Origin: Camelus ferus
Lineage: Eukaryota
Assembly (NCBI RefSeq): GCF_009834535.1
Contig: NC_045696.1
Coordinates: 18,044,001-18,108,000, forward strand
DNA: 64,000 bases
Direction: 5' to 3'
Shown here: positions 50,761 through 62,119 of the stretch, in pieces
How positions within the stretch are numbered: the first letter of the stretch is position 1
Layout of the letters: each line of letters starts with the position of its first letter
Notes under the pieces: model-generated
What the model saw: only the letters and a program-made list of their open reading frames with translations
Databases searched by the model: none
Told to the model about the DNA's origin: nothing
Made by a program: the position numbers and the translations under genes

Positions 50761-52194
50761 TGGCACATTCTTATCTGTCAGTGTTTAAGGATGGTTGCCG
50801 AATGGTTCCTTTCTTTCAGGTTGAAAAACAAATACATCCCTTTTATCGTCTGTGCTTCATTCCTTACTGTACTCCAATCAACTCTGACAGACCCAGTTCC
50901 TCCACGCCACGTGAAACCTCTGCCCATTTGGGGTTGTATTTATTTTCATTGCTTGAGACATGCAAACTCTTTCCATCTACACTGGAAACCCACCTGCAGC
51001 ATCAGTCATTTCTTGCTGCACAACTTGTGGGCTACATTTCTAACCTAATGCTGTTCTGTCTTGCCTTTTGTTTAACATCCTGAAAGAGGCTCCTCCTACT
51101 TCTGAATATGGAACAACACAAGGGAACTGCATTATGCAATATTTAAAAAGAAATGCATGACTTCTTCATGACATATGGAAAGAGGGTTCTAATAAATATG
51201 GAGCTTCCTGAGGTCACATCATTTAATAGGTCTGCAATAGTCCAAAAATCTTCCTCCCAAACATCTTTTTAGTAACAGTTTTGGTGCTTAAACTCTGATT
51301 TTAAATGGATTAAATTTAAAAGGGTTCTCTTTTCGCAAATTCCTATTTGAATCCCAGAAATTCTCACAGAGAAGTGGAGATTCTCTCCAGTATTTAAGCT
51401 ATAGTCCACGCTACAGCTGCAGGGTATATTAACATCTTGAAGTCACCCAGCTTTGTGGTGAGCAAGAAACTTTTGGCAGCAAAGAAATATCTGTTTGCCA
51501 GCACTGAGTTCCTGTGAGTGTGCGGCCACCTCCTGATTTCCTGCCATACAGCCAGTTTCCAGTTGCTGTGTAATCACCAGGCACAATGCAAGATCAAAAC
51601 AAATATACCCTTAGGTAGATATTTTTCCATTTTTCCACCCAGCAGGTAAACAACATTTGTCAATTTTCTCACAGTGGGCTCACTTCCAATTTTGAGGAAC
51701 TGATTATAGAGACTTCTTTGAACCCACTAGAAAGGGAACATGTAGGTCCAGGTTACACTGTGGTTAATACTTTGTTGAAGCCCCTCTGAGATGTCTCCTG
51801 GGGGGAAAAATAACCTGTGGATGAAGCCCACTGTGCCAGCCTGTCACTGGTGGTGTGAACACATATTACTGTTCTATGGCATTCCAGCAGTGCCTTCGCC
51901 CCGAGCTTCATCTTAGGACTTCAATTAAAGTATTACCCATGTGTTCAAACTGATTGCTCAATGCTTTCATTCATTCCTCTAAAACAGCACTCTGATATAG
52001 TGCACGTGAGTTATGTGAATGAAATTACTGAAGCATTTCACACTCAATGAGCAGGGCAGTATTTTATCCTTTTTTTAATTTCACGTACACTGTATAGAAG
52101 TAGTTCCAATACATAAAACATTTTACTTACATTCACATACGCCCTTAAATATGCTTATCACTATATTTAGGATATGGATATCTTTAGGATACAT

Positions 52195-52316
52195 TTGCTT
52201 CCCCTAAGAGATTGTACATTTTCAAAGGCAGAAAGTATATCTTAGGCATCTTTGATCTAAAAAAAAAATCAACAATATATAGCTTACAGTAAATATTCAA
52301 TAAATATTTATTAATG
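52195..52316 (+). mobile_element. L2 3' end
   Basis: 'gattgtacattttcaaaggcaga...acagtaaatattcaataaatattt'. Confidence 0.6.
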
Positions 52317-52899
52317 TCTCTGACAATTAGGAAAAGTTGCTTTGCATACAGGATGATCTATATAAATTCATATTTATTCAAGTAGTATAATAATTTTTGC
52401 ATAGTTTATTTCTCACAACTATTTACTTTATTATGGATGTGTATTTTAAAAAATCATAGTGACTTCTATTTTTTCTTGCCAAGTAAGTCCCAAAACAGTT
52501 CTAAGAAAAATACATTAAATATTTCTAATATTTTACAATCCTAGGATGAGCTGGGGCTCACTCAGGGTATCCTTATACACTAGTAACAGCTATGGTGTAA
52601 AAGTCAACTGAACACAATATAACGTGCGAGATGCAACTACAAATTGATGTGTTCATTTGTGTTTTGGAAGATCCATTCTAATAGCCACTGAGTGACTCAG
52701 TAATTCTGAGGTATCCATTACCATTTCATATCTATTACTCTATTCACTGGAAAGAGAGAAATGGCTATTTAAAAAAAATCTGCAAATTAAAGTTGAATAT
52801 ATTAGCCTCGAAAAAATATCTAGAACCAAGTTTGAATTCCCTTTGATGAGCACACTTTTCCCACAATCTCCAGTAATACTCAGTGTAGCCCAGGGAACA

Positions 52900-53540
52900 C
52901 CCCTTTTTTCTTATGTCATTTTTACCCACTCACTCCTTGGTGATCTCATCCAGACTTTTGTTTTAAATAACATCAATATGTGAATATATCTGATGGATAT
53001 TTACAACTGGGAACACTTATCCAAACTATAAACTTCTAAAAGCAACTACATATTATTACTAATTAGATGTCTAAAAGTTAACATACTTAAATTATCTAAA
53101 AAACAAACCTGTTCCTCCCTCAAAGCCTACCTTCTCCCACATTCTGCCTCACTGTATCAATGGCAACTTCATTCTGCATTATTCAGTCTGAAACACTATC
53201 ATTTTTCTTGAATACTCACTTTCTTTGGAGTATGAATTCAATCTACTAGCAAATTCTACCTGCTCTACTTTCAATTATATCCACTATTGACCGTTAACCA
53301 CCCGCTCCATTGCTACCATCCAAGTTACATCCACCATCATTTCTCACTTGATTTATCCAACAGGTTCTTAATTGAACTCAATGTTTCTACCCTTGACTCC
53401 CTACCATATAATCTCAAAACAGGAGACATTTTAAGAACGATGACATCAGTCATCTTTTCAAAATTCTAGAATTACTTTATACTTCATTGTAACGCAAAAT
53501 CAAAGTTCTTACAGTTGTTCTCAGCTACTACAGTCTATTC
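52900..53540 (+). mobile_element. L2 fragment
   Basis: 'cactcactccttggtgatctcatccag', 'tggcaacttcattct', 'caccatcatttctcacttggatt'-like motifs. Confidence 0.8.
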
Positions 53541-53769
53541 CTGTATTTCATATACACACATTCACATTCATATTTTTTAAATACATGCATATGTATGTAT
53601 ATATATATATATATATCTTAAATATATCAGGCATGTTTTTTATTAGTTCAATCTAAAGGGTATTCTTGTACAAGTTTCTCTTGGTATTGGCCTCTCAGTA
53701 ATTTTCCAAACACAAAATGTAGTTTTGACCTGAGGTTTTTTACTCGATTAAAACAAGCTCAATTTAGAA

Positions 53770-54560
53770 GCTCAATGTTGGCTGTCCTCTACAGATTACA
53801 ATGACCTATTGGAGATACTGTTGCAGAACTAAAATTCCTGAGAGAAAGGGGATGATAAAATCATAAAATAATAGAGATTGCATATGGATACTTAAGTATG
53901 AAGAAAAAGGAAAACATTATCGTAATGGGAGAGTATGAGAAAGAGGGAAACAGGAGGGCAGGCACAACCACTGAGAGCAATGGGGATGGTTATCAAAACA
54001 TTATTCTTAGGGCCAAGATAAATTAGCAACAAACAGGGCATTGCTTTATCTATGAAAACAAAATAAATTAAAAATAAATGATCAGGAGCCTGGGGAAGCC
54101 ATTTTAATAAAATGTCATGACCCTTTGCCCAGGTGCTGAAGTTCAGATTCAGAACTACGTGACTGAGTGAAAGGACAAACCCCCATGAGAAAGGACCCTA
54201 CAACACAAAGACACATGCATCCTGTAATGAATTTGTCAGCTTTCCTCCAAAGGATCCTAAGCCATTTAATTCACTTGAAAACACAAATCTCTCACCTGAA
54301 ACAGTCACCGATACTGAGAAACCTGGGGTGTTATCACAGCAACCTTTAGAGTTGGAGCACATGGGTGTCACGTTATCGAGTCCAATATTCATCACAGGCG
54401 CACACACACGCACACACGCACACATGAAAACGCATGATTACAACGGACAGACTTGATAACTGGCAGACCCTCACATAATTCTGAAGTATACAGAGAAGTA
54501 CCGTACTAGCGACAGCCAAGGGAAGTTAGAGAAATTGCCTTTCCCAAAACCTGGCCAAGA
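53770..54560 (+). mobile_element. ERVL internal region fragment (gag/protease area), decayed
   Basis: 'aaaggacaaacccccatgagaaaggaccctacaacac...ctttcctccaaaggatcctaagccatttaa' resembles ERVL gag-pro; no intact ORF. Confidence 0.6.
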
Positions 54561-54759
54561 GACCTAATTGAAAGCAATATCACACGCCAGGGAAATGCCA
54601 GAAATAAATGCAACTGAGCTAAAGATGCAACAGTGACTGTCTCCATCATACTGCCATTTAACTAAGCATTGTGGCAATTTTGAATCCTTAATATAGTAAG
54701 TATATTCAATGAATCTGGTTCCACATCTGTAAAATACACTCTGTGATGATGAACTGTAA

Positions 54760-55075
54760 AAAGCTTGAGTCAGGTTGCTTGAATTGAAGTCCTGCTTCAT
54801 TTTTTTACCTGATATGCAACCTTTACTACTACAATTTAATCTTATAGAGTAAACTGTACTCTGTAACCTCCTGTAATCTTTGATTCTTTTCATCTATAAA
54901 ATTGAGATAATAAATTATTTATTATTTAACCTCTGTAATCTTTGATTTCTTCATCTATAAAATTGAGATAATAAAAATAATATTTATATAACAGTTATTA
55001 TGAGATTTAAATGAGGTAATATATGAAAAACAATGGAGAATCATCTGGCATTTTATTAATGCTAAGGAAATACTT
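54760..55075 (+). mobile_element. MIR with internal ~50-bp duplication
   Basis: MIR core 'ttaacctctg...tttcttcatctataaaattgagataataa...gttattatgagatttaaatgaggtaatatatgaaa'. Confidence 0.75.
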
Positions 55076-55684
55076 GCAGTTAGGTTCACAACATAAAATT
55101 TATTCTTTGGACTTGGATCAATTCAGACTTCCATTTCTAGCATCCATTTCCTCTTTCCTAACATCCAGGCTCCTCTCCCACTTGTTTTGTTTGTTTGTTT
55201 GTTTGTTTTTGTTTTTGTTCTTTTTTTTTTTTTTGGTTCCTGATCCTCTCTATCCCAATGTAAGCCAGAATGGATCCTGTATTTTCTTCCTACTCAACAA
55301 AATGCTATTGGGTTATTAGCAGACAGATAAAATGATAGCTGGTAAGGACTGAAGATATGGCTTCTCCTGGTATTGATTTCATTTAAAGAGGAAAACGGAT
55401 AGACTATTCTAGTAGGATTTGCTTGGGTCAATTACCTAGCAGTTATACAATGCAGGATTTCATCCCTTGTCAAGTACTCTCACAGAATTCACAAGTTATA
55501 TGGGAGAGAGCGGCTTTTCTGTGAAGTTGCTTCACTGAGGCTCATGCAGTTCCTGTGGGTCCTAATTACATCAGTAATCTAGTTCCAAATGCCTGCCTTC
55601 ATAGAAGAGAAATAATCTATTTTGCTTTCTATTTATTCATCTATGCCCAGTTTATCTTTTGTTTACCTTCTTTATATCTGACTT

Positions 55685-55931
55685 TTTTTTATAAAAAACA
55701 AATTTTTTTAACATTTTTTGTTATAGTCGTATTACAATGTTATGTCAAATTCCAGTATAGAGCACAATTTTTCAGTTATACTTGAACATACATACATTCA
55801 TTGTTACATTCTCTTTCTCTGTGAGCCACCACAAGATCCTGTATATATTTCCCTGTGCTACACAGTACAATCTTGTTTATCTATTCTACATTTTGAACTC
55901 CCAGTCCCTTCCCACCCCCCGGGACGGGGGG
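55685..55931 (-). mobile_element. Young camelid-type L1 3' end with TSD
   Basis: 'gtcaaattccagtatagagcacaatttttcagttatac...gtgagccaccacaagatc'; TSD tatatctgactt 55673-55684 / tatatctgtctt 55932-55943. Confidence 0.92.
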
Positions 55932-56542
55932 TATATCTGTCTTCTCGTATTTTATCTTTTCACATCTCTTTGATCCCTTGTCTCCTAGAAGACAATATGA
56001 TAACTTAATCACCTATTTTTCCTAGGATAGTGATTGGTCAATAACAGACACTCTGTAAATATTTAAATAATAAAATTTAATTAGGAATATTTTTTCCTTT
56101 ATTTCTTTATTTCTTCTTGCTGCTTATAGAAGTTTTCTGACATATTCTACATTCACACAGAAAACTACTGTTTCTTTATTTTTACTTTGTTGTGTAGGAA
56201 AAAAAGCAGTTATTTCCTAAGGCTGACAAGACACACAAAAGATTGTTATCTTTCCTAACAAGATAAAAGCTTATCATAAATTAACAGCTAATTGGCTGTT
56301 TACTGTGACACATTTCAAAGCACATCAGAGTTTATACTGATCTTTAGTTTGTGCGTCAACTGCTTCAGTGAACTGATTAGTATAATTTCTTCTCACTGTT
56401 TGTGTCTTCACATAACAATGCACGAGAGCATCACATGTCTGAGGATGGTAATTTGCAGTATAATGTCTTGATATTATCCATTTCTCAAATACATTCCCAC
56501 TAGCATGTGCTCAAATGGCACTGATACAAACAAGACCATGAC

Positions 56543-57240
56543 AGTGGTGGACACTCCTAAAAGTGACCCCCGATGAGCCAAATCCTTGTCCAATCCCCTC
56601 TCCCTGAGTGTGGATGAAACTTGGGATTTACCTGTAATCAATACAATTCTTATATGGTATTGGTACACGAGAATGAGATGCTGCTGTGTCAGATATTTTA
56701 AATGAGGAGCAACTTTGTAACCAGAAACTCAGCAAAGGCTGGAAGAATTTTGAGGAGCACTACAGACAAAGTCTAAATCACATGAACATACTGTTAGTAG
56801 AAATTCAGATATGAATGTGCTGCCAGTGAGGTGAGGAGTCTGTTATTAGAAACTGAATAAAGAGAGAGCCTTGTTAGAGATAGTCTTGTTACGTAGTGGT
56901 AGAATATTTAATAAAATTCTTGCCTCCATTTATGTGGAAAGCAGAACCTGTAAGTGATGAATTTGGTCATATTGCTAAGGAGATTGCCAAACAAAGCACT
57001 GAAGGTGGGGCTTTATTTCTTCCTGCTGCTTATAGTATAATGTAAGAACTGAGAAATAAATGGAGGGAAGAATTATTAAACAAAAAGTAATAAGGACTAG
57101 AATATTTTGATAATCATCTGCCTCTCTAAGGCAGCAAAACATTAGAATTAAGACTCACTGTCAAGAAAGCATGCTCTAGAGATGAGACTCTGCATGACTT
57201 TATGTACTTTTAGTCTTTTCTGAGGTTTTAGCTAAAGGTT
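56543..57240 (+). mobile_element. MaLR: truncated MLT1-type 5' LTR (to ~56657) joined to MLT1 internal (gag-derived) region
   Basis: 'aatcccctctccctgagtgtgg' then 'tattggtac...gaaggctggaagaattttgaggagc', 'gtggaaagcagaacctgtaagtgatgaa...gctaaggagatt'. Confidence 0.8.
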
Positions 57241-57299
57241 GTATAGTCATACAGTCTTACCCTCAGTCTTGTCTCTACAGCATGCGTTTCTGACAGTGA

Positions 57300-57570
57300 C
57301 TGCCCATGAGGATGGAGCCTTCCTGAATGGTATTAGTGCCCTAATAGAAGAGACCTCAGAGAGCTGCCACCTCCCTTCTGCTATGTGGGGACCCAGCGGG
57401 AAGACAACTGCTGCTGAACCAGGAAATGGGCCTTCACCAGACAGTGAATCTGCTGGTGCCTTGATCTTGGACTTCCCAGACTTCAAAACTGTAAGAAATA
57501 AATTTTTGTGATGTAGAAGCCACTAGTCTTTATGGAATTTTTATAACAGCAGCCTGAACAGACAAAGGCA
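57300..57570 (+). mobile_element. MLT1A/MST-like LTR 3' two-thirds
   Basis: 'gaatctgctggtgccttgatcttggacttcccag...actgtaagaaataaattt...gcagcctgaacagacaaaggca'. Confidence 0.85.
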
Positions 57571-58598
57571 AAGGTCCAAAACAATGAATGGTTAGATATC
57601 GAGAATTTGGGAAAAGAATAATTAAAAAGTTACTCAACTTCTGATAAATAAATCTAACACAAAATGAGATTTGTTTGTGCCACTAGGCTGACATTGTACC
57701 AAAATACTTCACCGCATTTCTTATTTTACTTTCTAGGCAGTGAGACGTCAGAGATTGATGTATCATTAACTTCCCTGTGCCTGCTAATTCCTACCTTATG
57801 AGGGGGTTTCCCATAAATATTAGTTGAACAAATAGATAAATAAGTGAGAAAGGAATGGGATCTCAGTAAATTAGGATTATGTGCAATAATACTCATATTC
57901 ATATATTATATACCCCAGGATAAACTCTGTGTTCTGGAAAAACCTAGAATTTTTAAGATGCTAAATTAAAACAGTCAACATCTAAATGAAGAAAAGAAAT
58001 CTCTTCGAATTTGCCTTGATGTGCTGTGAATCACAGTTACAGTCGCCTTACAGCAGGGGAGGAAATTGGAAAACAAAATCCTCCAGGCAGCATGATTACC
58101 AATTTTATTAAGTAATGGAAGAAAGGTATCTTTTTTAGCATTACTTGTTGAAAACATTACTATCTGAAGAATATAAAAGGGTCAAAGCTTCCTACAGAAT
58201 AGTTATCTAATGCCTGAAGAAACATGTGAATTTGAAGTTTGAATATTTTATTCAAATGAAAGTATGGTACAGGAAAATAGAACATCTTTGTTTTCATTAT
58301 TATTTGGAATTTTAATTGTGCACAAAGCTTTTGTGTTTGTTTGCTTTTGGTTTTTAATGTGAAGTGTCTCACTGCAAATACATTCATATGAGAATGTTTT
58401 ATTGGTGTTTGCTGCTGCTGCCTTTTTCTTTCTAGGTGAAATGCTACCTTCCAAAATACGCTTACTACAAAATCACACATCCCCTGCTTGTAAAACTTCT
58501 TCCAACATAAAGAGTTCAAAGAGGCTTTTTAAATCAAACTTCTAAGTGAATTCCCTATTACTGACATCTTAAATAAACTGCTTTAAAAATGCAAGTTA

Positions 58599-58929
58599 TC
58601 ATATGATATCACTTACATGTGGAATCTAAAAAAAGTGATACAAATGTTATTTAAAAATAAAAAATGGACTTGGAGACAGAGAAAACAATGGTTACCAAAG
58701 GGGAAAAGGTAGGGGAGGGATAAATTAGGAGACTGGGATTAGTATATACACATTATTATATATAAAACAGACAAACAACAAGGACCTACTTTATAGCACA
58801 AGGAACTATAGTTTCTCATAATAATATATAAACTGAATAGAATCTGAAAAAAATCTGAATCACTTTGTGGTACACCTGAAACTTATGCTGTAAATCAACT
58901 ACACTTCGATAAAAACAAAATTAAAAAAC
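58599..58929 (+). mobile_element. Cetartiodactyl L1 3'UTR fragment with TSD
   Basis: 'atatcacttacatgtggaatctaaaa...ggagggataaattaggag...gaatcactttgtggtacacctgaaac'; TSD aatgcaagtta at 58588-58598 and 58930-58940. Confidence 0.92.
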
Positions 58930-59404
58930 AATGCAAGTTAATTAAAATATCAGCTAATTTCTCACATGATCACTGAAAAAACAGTGATAATACTGACCCC
59001 ATGAATATATTTAGGAGGTGATAAATGCCTAGTATCATTAAAACAAGATACTTTAGTAGGATTTAGGTTATCCATGGATAAATATTAAAACCTAGATTGA
59101 AAAAAATGCATTGGTTTTGTCTGGTATATATTTGTCAAGTATTTGTACTTGATTTTCCTGCACAGATTTCTCCCATGTCTGGCAATTAATATATCTTTAT
59201 TCCTCTTAGAAAACAAAGTTTTCTTGTGAATACAGATATAGGCAACCTATATTCAACTTGTTTTAGAGAAAATTTTAATTATTTTATAACAGATTACTCA
59301 CATAGTCCAGTCATGCTTTTTTCCCTCCAAAATACACTTAAAACCTGGGGTCCTAATAAAACTTGGATTCCATTTATAGAATTGGTAAATACATCAAAAA
59401 TATA

Positions 59405-60620
59405 TGAAATTTTTCACAGAATTAGAACAAATAATCCTAAAACGTATATGCAATCACAAAAGCCTGGAATTGCCAAAGCATTACTGAAGAAAAAGAATAA
59501 AGCTGGAGAAATAACCCTCTCAGACTTCAGACAATACTACAGAGCTACAGTAATCAAAACAGTATGGCACTGGTATAAAAACAGACATATGGATCAACTG
59601 AACAGAACAGAAAGCCCAGAAATAAACCTACAAACTTTTGGTCAATTGATCTTTGACAAAGGAGGCAAGAACATACAATGGAGTAAAGACAGTCTCTTCA
59701 GCAAATGCTGTTGTGAAATCTGGACAGCTGCATGTAAATCAATGAAGTTAGAATACTCCCTCACACCACACACACACACAAACACACACGCACGCACACA
59801 CACACATACACTCAAAATGGCTTCAAGACTTAAGCATAAGACAAGATACTATTAACCTCTTAGAAGAAAACATAGGCAAAACATTATCCAACATAAATCT
59901 CAGCAGTGTTCTCCTAGGGCAGTCTACCCAAGCAACAGAAATAAGAGCAAAAATAAACAAATCAGACCTAATTAAACTTATAAGCTTTTGTACAGCAAAT
60001 GAAACCATAAGCAAAACAAAAAAACAACCTACAGAATGGGATAAAATGTTTGCAAAAGATAAGAATGACAAGGGCTTAATTTCCAAAATATGTAAACAGC
60101 TCATACAACTTAACAAGAAAAAAAAAAAAAAAACAGCCTAATCCAAAAACAGGCAGAAGACCTAAACAAACAATTCTTCAATGAAGATATACAAATGGCC
60201 AATAGGCACATGAAACAATGCTCATTATCGCTAATTATCAGAGAAATGCAAATCAAAACTACAATGAGGTATCACCTCACACCAATCAGAATGGCCATCA
60301 TTCAAAAGTCCACAAACAGTAAATGCTGGAGAGGCTGTGGAGAAAAGGGACCCTCCTACACTGTTGGTGGGAATGTAATTTGGTGTAGCCATTACAGAAA
60401 ACAGTATGGAGATTACTTAAAAGACTAAAAATAGATTTACCATATGATCCAGCAATCCCTGGGCACATATCCAGAGGGAACCTTAATGCAAAAAGATACA
60501 TGCACCCCAATGTTCACAGCAGCACTATTTACAATAGCCAAGCCATGGAAACACCTAAATATCCATCGACAGATGACTAGATAAAGAAGCTGTGGTATAT
60601 TATGCAAGGGAATACTACTC
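59405..60620 (+). pseudogene. Decayed L1 ORF2p C-terminal region (post-RT and Cys-rich domain)
   Basis: ORF-track peptides '[40 protein letters not shown]...[19 protein letters not shown]' and '[21 protein letters not shown]...KCWRGCGE'; broken by frameshifts and a microsatellite. Confidence 0.93.
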
Positions 60621-61560
60621 AGTCATAAAAAAGAATAAAATAATGCCATTTGCAGCTACATGGATGTACCTGGAGATTGTCATACTAAGTGAAGTAAGCC
60701 AGAAAGAGAAAGAAAAATACCATATGATATCACTTACATGTGGAATCTAAAAAAAGAAAGCCAAACATACTAATTTACAAAACAGAAATAGGCTCACAGA
60801 CATAGAAAACAAATTTTTAGTTACCAGGTGAGAAAAGGGTGGGATGGGATAAATTGGGAGTTAGAGATTTGCAGATACTAACTATTATATATAAAAGAAA
60901 TAAACAAGTTTGCACTGTATAGCACAGGGAACTATATTCAATATCTTGTAGTAACTTATGGTTAATAAGAATATGAAAATGAACATATGTGTATTCCTAT
61001 ATGACTGAAGTATTGTGCTGTATACCAGAAATTGACATATTATAAACTGACTATACTTCAATAAAAATATATTTTAAAAAAAGAAGTTGTAATACACACA
61101 CATACACACACACACAATGGAATACTACTCAGTCATAAAAAAGAATAAAATAATGCCATTTGCAGCTACATGGATGTACCTGGAGATTGTCATACTAAGT
61201 GAAGTAAGTCAGAAAGATTAAAAAAAATACCACATGATATTACTTAAATGTGGAATCTAAAAAAAGGACAGAAATGAACTTATTCACAAAACAGAAACAG
61301 ACTCACAGACATAGAAAACAAACTTATGGTTACCAAGGTAGAAATAGAAGTCAGAGGGATAAATGGGAGTTCAGGATTTGCAGGTACTAACTACTATATA
61401 TAAAATAAACAGCAAGGTCCTACTGTACAGCACAGGGAACGTATACTCAGTATCTGTAATAGCCTATAATGAAAAAGAATATAACTGAATCACTACGCTG
61501 TACACCAAAAATTAATACAACATTGTAAACCAACTATACTTCAAAAAAACTAAAAACAGT
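59405..61560 (+). mobile_element. 5'-truncated L1 with two tandem 3'UTRs (~60581-61080 and ~61081-61560)
   Basis: ORF2 C-terminal homology, then two successive L1 3'UTRs each ending 'ctatacttca' plus A-rich tail. Confidence 0.92.
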
Positions 61561-61589
61561 AAATAAAGATAACCACTGCTACCATTTCA

Positions 61590-62115
61590 AAAAAAGCAAT
61601 TGTATTTCTACACATTAACAATAGTCCAAAAATGAAATTAAGAAAACAATTCTACTTGAATAGCATCAAAAAGAATAAATTACTTAGGTATAAAGTTACA
61701 TACTGACAACTACAAAACATTTTTAAAAGAAAGAAGACATAAATAAATGGAAGAATATCCATGCTCATGAATTGTAAAACTTAATATTGATAAAATAATA
61801 ATACTCCCCAAATTGCTCAACAGCTTCAAAGTAATTTCTATCAAGATTCTAAATTACTTTTTTTCAGAAAAACTGACAAGCTGATCCTAAGATACATAGG
61901 GAAATGAAAGGGACCCTAAAGGAAAACAAAAACAAAAACAAAAACTTATAAAACTCCCTACAGAGCTACTGTAAACAAGCCTTTGTGGTACAGGTATAAG
62001 AAAACACATATATATCTACGGAATAGAATTGAGAGCCCAGCAATTAACCCCCTCACATTTTCAATCAATTTACTTTAAACAAGACGCTAAGACAATTCAA
62101 TGGGAAAAGAATGGT
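61590..62115 (+). mobile_element. Older L1M ORF2 fragment
   Basis: 'caattgtatttctacac', 'aaataaatggaagaatatccatgctcatgaattg', 'ctgacaagctgatcctaa'. Confidence 0.85.
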
Positions 62116-62119
62116 ATGT

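Noticed and set aside
55921..55940. Start of a camelid tRNA-derived SINE (ggg...gtata)
   Set aside because: Better explained as an inverted L1 junction plus TSD; no A/B boxes follow
59226..59855. Longest ORF (209 aa) as a gene
   Set aside because: Fusion of flanking non-coding sequence to decayed L1 ORF2; GTG start, frameshifted, microsatellite-interrupted
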